Part shown: piece by piece, positions 56,623 through 64,000 of the stretch
How positions within the stretch are numbered: position 1 is the first letter of the stretch
How the letters are laid out: each line of letters opens with the position of its first letter
Assembly: GCA_018672055.1 (NCBI GenBank)
Contig: JABHGM010000001.1
Coordinates: 608,977 to 672,976, forward strand
Source of the DNA: a bacterium
Lineage (GTDB): Bacteria > Patescibacteriota > Patescibacteriia > UBA1558 > UBA10009
DNA length: 64,000 bases
Direction of reading: 5' to 3'
Program-made: the position numbers and the translations under genes
The notes under the pieces: generated by a model
Database searches by the model: none
Told to the model about the DNA's origin: nothing
What the model saw: the letters and a program-made list of their open reading frames with translations, nothing else

Positions 56623-57486
56623 TTACTTATATATTACTTGATTTTCTATTCTTAAATTAATGTATTCTATTTGATTTAATCTATCTACATCAATTTTTCT
56701 ATCCTCAATAGATCTTTTTAACTTATGTAATTGATTGTTTAAACTTAATATACTGTTTAGATGTATCTCAAAACCTTGTTTAGTAATAACTTTTAAGTAG
56801 TTAGCTTTAGGACCTGGTATCTTAAATGATTCAATTTCAACTAAAGGTACCTGATATGACTCAAAGTTGTAAAATAATTCAATAATAAGGTCTATTATGT
56901 CCAAATTTATCACTTTTTGACCTATCTCTATATCTGAACTAGATTCATCTTCTAAAACAGGTAAACTTGAATTAACTATGTCTTGAACTTGGATTTCTCT
57001 ATAGATCTCCCCCTCTGCGTTAAATAAAAAATATCTTCCATTGGATAACCAGAAAAAATTTCCACGTCTTTCATTTATTTCAATAAATAATGTATTTGGT
57101 TGGTACTTAGTTATAACTAACTCATCTAATGCATATTTTTCTTGAAAATCATCTTGTAGCCTACTCTTGCTTAAAAAGAAATAATTATTTTGCGGGAAAA
57201 CAAACCAACTATTTTTTTCTATTGATTCATATATTAATTCTTGTAATTCATCCTGTGAAACTTCACTATTACCTGAGAGTATAAAATTATCTATTTTAAA
57301 ATGATTTGAATAGAATAAAAAGTATACTAAGTATAATATGATAACTACGCCTAAATAAAATAAGACTTTACGTCTAAGTCTTGATGACTCTTCGTTTTCA
57401 AAGACATGAGCTCTTTTACTACGTGGCTTATTAAAGTCATGTTTTGATTTTTTTGAGTAACCTGATTTAATATATGTTTTAGACAT
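56623..57486 (-). CDS. ftsQ: Cell division protein FtsQ/DivIB-like
   Basis: Basic cytoplasmic N-terminus, single TM, POTRA-like region. Located immediately after ddl. Confidence 0.6.
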   Translation of the reverse strand: MSKTYIKSGYSKKSKHDFNKPRSKRAHVFENEESSRLRRKVLFYLGVVIILYLVYFLFYSNHFKIDNFILSGNSEVSQDELQELIYESIEKNSWFVFPQNNYFFLSKSRLQDDFQEKYALDELVITKYQPNTLFIEINERRGNFFWLSNGRYFLFNAEGEIYREIQVQDIVNSSLPVLEDESSSDIEIGQKVINLDIIDLIIELFYNFESYQVPLVEIESFKIPGPKANYLKVITKQGFEIHLNSILSLNNQLHKLKRSIEDRKIDVDRLNQIEYINLRIENQVIYK

Positions 57487-57488
57487 AT

Positions 57489-58601
57489 TTATTTATACCA
57501 ATCTGTTTTTGGTTTATATGATGTATTTAACTCATTTTTAGCTTTATTTCTATCAATTGCTAGAGTAATTAACTCATCTAATAAATCACTATACTCCAAG
57601 CCTGATGCCTGCCATAGCTTTGAATACATACTAATCTTTGTAAATCCAGGAATTGTATTTACTTCATTTAAGATTACTTTATTATCTTTAGTTAAAAAGA
57701 AATCAACTCTAGCCATACCAGAAAGATCAAGAGCTTTAAATGTTTTAATTGCTATACCTTGAATCTCTTTAATTACTTTTTCGTCTAATTTAGCTGGTAT
57801 TTCATTTTTTGACTTTCCATCAATGTATTTATCTTGATAACTATAGAACTCATCTCCTGGTATTATTTCACCTGGGAGTGATGCTCGAGGTTCATCATTG
57901 CCAAGTACAGCACATTCAATTTCTTTAATATCTTCTAAGCCTTGTTCTATTATAATCTTCCTATCAAATTCAAAGGCAATATCAATAGCTTTAGCTAACT
58001 CATCTTTACTCTTTACTTTATTTATACCTACTGAAGAACCTAAATTAGCAGGCTTTACAAATACAGGGTAAGTTAATTCTTTTTCAATTTGTTTAATATT
58101 TGATTCTTTATCATTTAACCATTCATTTTTTAGCAAGCTTTTAAATGCAACTTGTTCAATGCCATGCCAAATAACTACTTTTTTCATAGTTACTTTATCC
58201 ATAGCAACAGAACTACCCAAAACTCCAGAACCAACATATGGAATATTGGCTAGCTCAAATAGACCTTGAATTGCTCCATCTTCACCATATGTACCATGTA
58301 ACACTGGAAATACTACATCTAAACCTAAATTAGCCATATTTTGGTCATCCAGGGCTACTAATTCATGATTTGTAGGATCAGGAGTAAGTATTTTTTCTAC
58401 AAGCTCTTTATTATTACCAGATTTGAGTTCATTCAAAACATTATCTGCTATCCACTTACCAGATTTAGTAATACCAATTGGAATTACTTCATACTTATTT
58501 TTGTCTAGTGATTCAATTACACTTTCTCCTGAAATTATTGAAACTTCATGTTCACCAGATCTACCACCCATTATCACCCCTACTCTTAATTTATGACTCA
58601 T
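57489..58601 (-). CDS. ddl: D-alanine--D-alanine ligase
   Basis: ATP-grasp fold with the conserved motifs of Ddl (…HGTYGEDGAIQGL…, …NEVNTIPGFT…). Confidence 0.9.
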   Translation of the reverse strand: MSHKLRVGVIMGGRSGEHEVSIISGESVIESLDKNKYEVIPIGITKSGKWIADNVLNELKSGNNKELVEKILTPDPTNHELVALDDQNMANLGLDVVFPVLHGTYGEDGAIQGLFELANIPYVGSGVLGSSVAMDKVTMKKVVIWHGIEQVAFKSLLKNEWLNDKESNIKQIEKELTYPVFVKPANLGSSVGINKVKSKDELAKAIDIAFEFDRKIIIEQGLEDIKEIECAVLGNDEPRASLPGEIIPGDEFYSYQDKYIDGKSKNEIPAKLDEKVIKEIQGIAIKTFKALDLSGMARVDFFLTKDNKVILNEVNTIPGFTKISMYSKLWQASGLEYSDLLDELITLAIDRNKAKNELNTSYKPKTDWYK

Positions 58602-58621
58602 ATATTTAGTGTCGTAAAATA

Positions 58622-59740
58622 TTATTTAATTATTCTTTTTAATAAAGGATTAATTCTAGTTACAACTTCGTAATTAATTGTTTTTAAATTTTTAGCTATT
58701 TGATCTGCACTTATTATATTCTTGCCTTGCTTTCCTATTAAAATTACTTCGTCCCCTACCTTAACACGCTTACCAGTTATATCAACCATAATTAAGTTCA
58801 TACATACTCTGCCAACTAGTTTACATTTTTTACCTTTAATTAAAACAAAACTATTATTTGATAATTTCCTATCATATCCATCGTTATAGCCTACTCTTAG
58901 GATAGCTATTTCTTTATTACTTTTTACTTTAAAGGTTCTGCCATAACCAATAGTACTTCCCTTTTTTAATGATTTAACCTGAATTACTTTTGTTTTCCAA
59001 GAAAGTATTGGTTTTAATTTAAATTTATTTTTTAAATTATTATTTTCAATTGAATACAAACCATAAAGTGATATGCCAAGTCTAATTAGATTTAAATGAT
59101 ACTTTTTATTAATTAAAGTAGCAGCACTACAAGCTGCATGAATTAAGGGTACTTTAATATTTAATTTAGATACTAACTCATTTAATAGTTTGGTTTGCTT
59201 TAAAGTAAAACTTTGGTTTGTTTCTTCAGCTGATGCATAATGAGTAAATATACCTTCAAGTTTTAAATAATTTGAAATAGTAATTAATTTTGCTAGTTTA
59301 ATGATTTCTTTTTCAAATACGCCTAGTCTAGATATTCCTGAATCGAATTTAAGATGTAGATTTGCATTCTTTTTAAGCTTTTTACTTATACTACTAATAT
59401 ATTTTATTTGTTTTGAATTATAGGCTACTAAACTGATATTATTTTTAATAGCTAGAGTAATTTGTTTCTTGTCTAAATCGTAATAGCTTAATACTAAAAT
59501 TGGTTTACTTATTTTATTTTTTCTTAAATAAAGAGCTTCTTCTAAATTAACTACTCCAAACCAATCAACATTTTTATTTTTATTACAAATTTTTGATATT
59601 TCTAATAAGCCGTGACCATAAGCATTGCTCTTGACCACGGACATTAATTTTACATTACTTCCAATCAATTTTTTAAATTGTCTTAAGTTGTATTCTAAAT
59701 TAGCTTTACTAATTTCAACCCAAGAATTTGTATACTTCAT
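58622..59740 (-). CDS. alr: Alanine racemase
   Basis: PLP-lysine motif VVKSNAYGHG. Confidence 0.85.
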   Translation of the reverse strand: MKYTNSWVEISKANLEYNLRQFKKLIGSNVKLMSVVKSNAYGHGLLEISKICNKNKNVDWFGVVNLEEALYLRKNKISKPILVLSYYDLDKKQITLAIKNNISLVAYNSKQIKYISSISKKLKKNANLHLKFDSGISRLGVFEKEIIKLAKLITISNYLKLEGIFTHYASAEETNQSFTLKQTKLLNELVSKLNIKVPLIHAACSAATLINKKYHLNLIRLGISLYGLYSIENNNLKNKFKLKPILSWKTKVIQVKSLKKGSTIGYGRTFKVKSNKEIAILRVGYNDGYDRKLSNNSFVLIKGKKCKLVGRVCMNLIMVDITGKRVKVGDEVILIGKQGKNIISADQIAKNLKTINYEVVTRINPLLKRIIK

Positions 59741-59741
59741 T

Positions 59742-60977
59742 TTATTTTATAACTTTTTTTCCTACAAATTTTCTTAAAGCTTTAGGAACTTTAATACTAC
59801 CATCTGCTTGTTGATTTTGTTCTACTATAGCCGGTATTAACCTACTTGTTGCTAAGCCTGAAGCATTTAAAGTATGTACGTATTCATTTTTGTCTGATTT
59901 ACTATCTTTATACTTGATATTACCACGTCTAGCTTGATAATCTAGAGCATTAGATATGCTTGATACTTCTTTGTATGTGTTCATGCTTGGTATCCAGACT
60001 TCTAAGTCAATTGTTTTTGCCATAGCAGCTGAGACATCTTTAGCTGCGAGCTTTACTGTATTAAAATGTAAATCTAAACCTTTTACTAAATCTTCTGCGT
60101 ATTTTAAGAGTTCATCAAATGCTTTCCATGATTCTTCAGGTTTTGTAAATTGAAACATTTCAATCTTATTGAATTGATGTCCTCTGATCATACCTCTTTC
60201 TTCTGTTCTATAACTGCCTGCTTCTCTTCTAAAGCAAGTTGAGTATGCAAAGTACTTTAAAGGTAAATCAGTTTCATTTAGTACTTCATTTTTATGATAG
60301 TTACCCAGCATCATTTCAGAGGTAGCATTTAAACATAATTTGTTTTCAGTCCAGAATAAGTCTTCTCTAAATTTAGGTAAGTGACCAGATGTAAAAGCAC
60401 TATCTTCATTAAGTAAATATGGCGGTATGATAAACTGATAATTATTTTTACGATGAAAATCAATAAAGTAATTAAGCAAGGCCCATTCTAAGAGTGCTCC
60501 ATCCCCTACATATGTCCAAAAACCTGAACCTGACATCTTAGCTGATCTTTTATAATCTATAATACCCAAGCTTTCTACTAGATCAACATGATTTTTAATT
60601 TCAAATTTAAATTTAGGCTGCTTACTGTATGTGTCAATGATTTCATTGTTCTCTTTATCCCCTGCTTTAACATCATCTGCAGGTATATTTGGTAAAGCTG
60701 ACATTAATTTTTTATATTCTGTTTCAACTTTATTTAACTCATCATCTAGTTTTTTTATTTCACCACCTAGCTTCTTCATTTTACTTATTGTTTCAGTATC
60801 AGGCTTTGTTTTAGAGAATTTATTACGTTCTGCTTTAAGTTTTTCTACATTAGATATTAGATGTTTTCTATCATCATCTAATTTAATTAATAAATCTAAA
60901 TCAACTTTATCTAATCTTTTTAGTAAAGCTTTATTTATTTCTTCTTTATTATTTCTAATGTTATTTATATCCAACAT
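59742..60977 (-). CDS. serS: Seryl-tRNA synthetase
   Basis: N-terminal coiled-coil arm followed by class II core motifs (…FRRE…, …GSGLAT…). Confidence 0.9.
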   Translation of the reverse strand: MLDINNIRNNKEEINKALLKRLDKVDLDLLIKLDDDRKHLISNVEKLKAERNKFSKTKPDTETISKMKKLGGEIKKLDDELNKVETEYKKLMSALPNIPADDVKAGDKENNEIIDTYSKQPKFKFEIKNHVDLVESLGIIDYKRSAKMSGSGFWTYVGDGALLEWALLNYFIDFHRKNNYQFIIPPYLLNEDSAFTSGHLPKFREDLFWTENKLCLNATSEMMLGNYHKNEVLNETDLPLKYFAYSTCFRREAGSYRTEERGMIRGHQFNKIEMFQFTKPEESWKAFDELLKYAEDLVKGLDLHFNTVKLAAKDVSAAMAKTIDLEVWIPSMNTYKEVSSISNALDYQARRGNIKYKDSKSDKNEYVHTLNASGLATSRLIPAIVEQNQQADGSIKVPKALRKFVGKKVIK

Positions 60978-60978
60978 A

Positions 60979-61560
60979 TTATTTTAAATATTTTAATATA
61001 TCATTAATATTTTTTTGTCTATGATTTACATTATTATATTCTTCTTCAGTTAGATCCATGAAATGTTTATTATACTTTTTTAGTTTAAAAAGTGCTCTAT
61101 AAGGAAAACCTTCAGGATAATTACTATTTAAGTCACTTGAGATATATCCAGCTATGCTATTTTCAAAAGTTTTAATTGAATCTTCGTTTACAAATGCAAG
61201 TACTGCTACAAATCTGGCATTATTATTATCTTTAAGTAATGGTAACTTACTTTTTAAACACTCTACTATTTCTTCATCACTTGCTTCATAACCTAGCCAT
61301 CTTCTAGATAATACGCCTGGTTCACCATTTAAAGCTTCAATTTCTATACCACCATCCTCTGATAAGGTAGGCATTTTAGTTAAATTGTAATAATACTTTG
61401 CTTTATCAATTGCATTCTCTTCAAATGTGTCTTTATTTTCTTCAAACTTATCTTCAATTTTTAATTCCTTTAATGAGGTTACTTCAATACCTTCATTTTT
61501 TAAACTATTACCATAGTCATCTACTTTGGCTGGATTATGACTAGCAATTAGTATTTTCAT
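60979..61560 (-). CDS. rdgB: Non-canonical purine NTP pyrophosphatase (RdgB/HAM1 family)
   Basis: ILIASHNPAKVDDY… and SEDGGIEIEALNGEPGVLSRRW motifs. Confidence 0.8.
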   Translation of the reverse strand: MKILIASHNPAKVDDYGNSLKNEGIEVTSLKELKIEDKFEENKDTFEENAIDKAKYYYNLTKMPTLSEDGGIEIEALNGEPGVLSRRWLGYEASDEEIVECLKSKLPLLKDNNNARFVAVLAFVNEDSIKTFENSIAGYISSDLNSNYPEGFPYRALFKLKKYNKHFMDLTEEEYNNVNHRQKNINDILKYLK

Positions 61561-63038
61561 TACTTTTTAGGTTTTAATGTTGGGAACAATATAACTTCTT
61601 TAATATTATGTGTTCCAGTTAAGACATTTACTAACCTATCAATACCCATGCCAAGTCCTGTTGTTGGTGGCATACCATATTTAAGAGCTTCAATAAATGC
61701 ATCATCTTTTTTCATGGCTTCTCTGTCACCTTTTTTATTTAAACTTTGTTGAAATTTAAATCTTTCTTCTTGATCAATGGGATCATTAAGCTCAGTAAAT
61801 GCATTCATTAGTTCAATACGTCCACCAATTATTAATTGAAATCTTTCAACGTAGTTTGGACGATCATCTAATTTCTTAGCTAGTGGTGATAATTCAATTG
61901 GATGATTAATAATATATGTAGGATTAATCATTTTAGGTCTAACAAATTCTTTAAATAACTCATCAGCTATTTTACCAACACCCCAACTCTTATCTACCTT
62001 TAACCCTTTTTTCTTAGCAACTTTTTGTAAAGATTTTTCATCTTCCTTATCTAAATCAATTTTCGTTTCTTTTAGTATTGCTTCCCTAAAATCAACTTTT
62101 TTATATGGTCCTTTAAAATCAATTTTTTGATTATCATATTCAACTGTTAGGTTACCAGTTACTTCTTTAACCATTTTTTCCATGAATTTTTCCATATACT
62201 CCATCAAGAAATTATATTCCTTATATGCCCAATAGAATTCAATTTGAGTAAACTCAGGGTTATGAGTATAATCTATACCTTCATTTCTAAAACATCTAGC
62301 AATTTCAAATACTTTTTCATATCCACCAATTATTAATTCTTTTAAAAATAGTTCAGGTGCAATACGTAAGTATAATTCTGTATCTAAAGCTTTGTGATAT
62401 GTTTTAAATGGTTCAGCAATAGCTCCAGAAGCAACAGTTTGAAGTATAGGTGTATCAACTTCTAAGAAACCTTCATCTAAAAAGTAATTACGTATAAATT
62501 GAATTACTTTACTACGAGTGTAGAAAATTTCTTTAACTTTAGGATTTGATAATAAGTCTAAGTACCTTTTTCTAAATCTAGTTTCTGTATCACTTAAACC
62601 ATGCCATTTTTCAGGAAGTGGTAATAAAGACTTAGTAAGTAGTTTCCATTTATTTACCATAATACTATTTTCACCCTTATGTGTAACAAAACAAGTACCA
62701 GAAATTTCAACAAAATCACCAACATCAATTAGCTTAGTAAATTGCTTATACTCAGTATCACCTATTTCTTTTTTTGATAAAGCTATTTGAATCTTACCAG
62801 ATTCATCCTCTATGTGAGCAAAAGTTAAATTACCGTGACTTCTTACCATTCTAAGTCTACCTACTAGAGTTAACTTTTTATTACCTTTTTCAAGCTTTTT
62901 AAAATCTTCAATTATCTCACTTATTTCATGAGTTCGCTCGCAATGCTTAGGATATGGTGATATATCCTCATTTTGGAGCATTTTTAGCTTCTCAAGACGT
63001 ATTTTTGCCTCATCTGAGGGGTTTATTTTATTATTCAT
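61560..63038 (-). CDS. lysS: Lysyl-tRNA synthetase (class II)
   Basis: OB-fold anticodon-binding domain followed by class II motifs 1-3 (…FRNEG…, …GGIDR…). Confidence 0.9.
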   Translation of the reverse strand: MNNKINPSDEAKIRLEKLKMLQNEDISPYPKHCERTHEISEIIEDFKKLEKGNKKLTLVGRLRMVRSHGNLTFAHIEDESGKIQIALSKKEIGDTEYKQFTKLIDVGDFVEISGTCFVTHKGENSIMVNKWKLLTKSLLPLPEKWHGLSDTETRFRKRYLDLLSNPKVKEIFYTRSKVIQFIRNYFLDEGFLEVDTPILQTVASGAIAEPFKTYHKALDTELYLRIAPELFLKELIIGGYEKVFEIARCFRNEGIDYTHNPEFTQIEFYWAYKEYNFLMEYMEKFMEKMVKEVTGNLTVEYDNQKIDFKGPYKKVDFREAILKETKIDLDKEDEKSLQKVAKKKGLKVDKSWGVGKIADELFKEFVRPKMINPTYIINHPIELSPLAKKLDDRPNYVERFQLIIGGRIELMNAFTELNDPIDQEERFKFQQSLNKKGDREAMKKDDAFIEALKYGMPPTTGLGMGIDRLVNVLTGTHNIKEVILFPTLKPKK

Positions 63039-63102
63039 ATAATGATAATTATAGCTAAATTAAGGTATTTTGACAAATAAAAAAGAGCTGTTGGCCAACT
63101 CT

Positions 63103-63366
63103 TTAATTAGCATTATCTAATTTAAAGTCAAATAATTTATATTTGTCTACAATATATTGTTCCATATCATAATAATGAGTTATATCCAATTCAATTAACT
63201 GAAAAGAAATTCCAAAATTAATTTGTATAATTATGGCTAGCTGAAGACCTTCTAAGGAGTTATCAAGATTAAATATCATCATATCATCATTAATTTTAGA
63301 TGGACTAATATTGTAATATGCAGAAATAATTTTTTTAAGTTCAGTTCTTATTTCACTCTTATTCAT
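63103..63366 (-). CDS. Hypothetical small protein (87 aa)
   Basis: ORF only. No RBS. No domain recognised. Confidence 0.3.
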   Translation of the reverse strand: MNKSEIRTELKKIISAYYNISPSKINDDMMIFNLDNSLEGLQLAIIIQINFGISFQLIELDITHYYDMEQYIVDKYKLFDFKLDNAN

Positions 63367-63376
63367 TAATCCTCCT

Positions 63377-64000
63377 TTAGGTTAATTTACCTTTGTATTT
63401 AAAATAGTATTTTAACCAACTTACTAAATGTACTCTTCCTGATTTTTTAAATAAACCAAATATACCTACTCCTTCAGCTGAATCTCTATGATGGTAATGA
63501 ATTACCTTAGCTTCAGCAATATACCATACTTCATAACCATTCTGCCAAAATCTACGTGACCAATCAAGATCTTCTACATACATAAAGAATCTATCATCTA
63601 ATAGGCCAACTTTATCTAAAATATTTTTTCTAACTAATATGCAAGCACCAAATAACCAATCTACTTTTTTATTACTTTCATGATCCCAGTCTTTCATAAA
63701 GTAATCATTATTCCATTCTTTACCTGCTACTGAATTTCTTAAAAATGATCTTCTAAAAAAAGGTAACTTCCAGTCAGGAAATCTAGAACAGCTATACTGT
63801 AGCGATCCGTCAGGATTTAAAAGTTTAGGTCCTGACATGCCAACATTTTCATTTTCATCCATATACTTAACTAAACTTATTAAAGCTTCATTATTTAAAA
63901 TAATATCAGGGTTAATTACTAAAGCATACTCGCCTACTGATACATTAATACCTAGATTATTACCACCCGAGAAACCTAGGTTTTTTCCTGATTCAATTAG
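63377..64000 (-). CDS. Family-2 glycosyltransferase, C-terminal ~200 codons; the gene continues beyond the window end
   Basis: The frame stays open to base 64000 (…FSGGNNLG…INPDIILNNEA…). The FMYVEDLDWSRRF motif is typical of GT2. Confidence 0.7.
   Translation of the reverse strand, partial: LIESGKNLGFSGGNNLGINVSVGEYALVINPDIILNNEALISLVKYMDENENVGMSGPKLLNPDGSLQYSCSRFPDWKLPFFRRSFLRNSVAGKEWNNDYFMKDWDHESNKKVDWLFGACILVRKNILDKVGLLDDRFFMYVEDLDWSRRFWQNGYEVWYIAEAKVIHYHHRDSAEGVGIFGLFKKSGRVHLVSWLKYYFKYKGKLT

Noticed and set aside
59956-60987. Plus ORFs 59956..60153 and 60631..60987 inside serS
   Set aside because: Antisense shadow ORFs, Ser/Leu/Phe-rich.

Overview
This is an AT-rich bacterial chromosomal window read in the standard genetic code. 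Gene content is consistent with a small-genome, monoderm-like lineage such as Patescibacteria/CPR: a type IV pilus operon without a secretin, FtsW/SecDF present, few Shine-Dalgarno sites. No CRISPR array, rRNA gene or IS transposase was seen. The housekeeping backbone runs in order: murA (3' part), an S41 Ctp protease, rplI, pyrG, a DEAD-box helicase, HD hydrolases, typA/bipA, a pilB-pilC-prepilins-pilX-pilMNO operon, a dcw block (mraY-murD-ftsW-murG-murC-murB), two prs-family genes, secA, secD (with an embedded parvulin domain), secF, fmt-def, tagA-like, gltX, an M23 peptidase, a Xer-type tyrosine recombinase, ftsQ-ddl-alr-serS-rdgB-lysS, and a GT2 fragment at the end. One tRNA-Gln(UUG) lies at 7905-7978. 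Accessory and unusual content is interleaved with this backbone. (1) A 1.9-kb two-gene insert sits directly after pyrG, bounded by a 44-bp direct repeat of the pyrG 3' end. (2) A LRR-like protein carries six 60-bp tandem coding repeats. (3) A tRNA-Gln-adjacent variable region and a third locus beside the pilus operon hold a family of three paralogous ~125-135-aa proteins, each with the same ~75-bp upstream module and the same AACCGTC...GACGGTT terminator. (4) A visibly GC-richer two-gene module (membrane-anchored protein plus lipoprotein) has a 27-bp tandem duplication of its RBS and start codon. (5) A sigma-70 region-4 plus HARE-HTH protein. (6) A membrane protein / TraD-VirD4-like ATPase with Zn ribbon / processive GT2 trio. 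(7) Next to the recombinase, three tandem single-gene cassettes share a promoter module; two encode paralogous 4-TM proteins behind a TCAGTAAATTTACTGA palindrome. Everything here is inferred by eye from the sequence and the ORF track; no searches were run.
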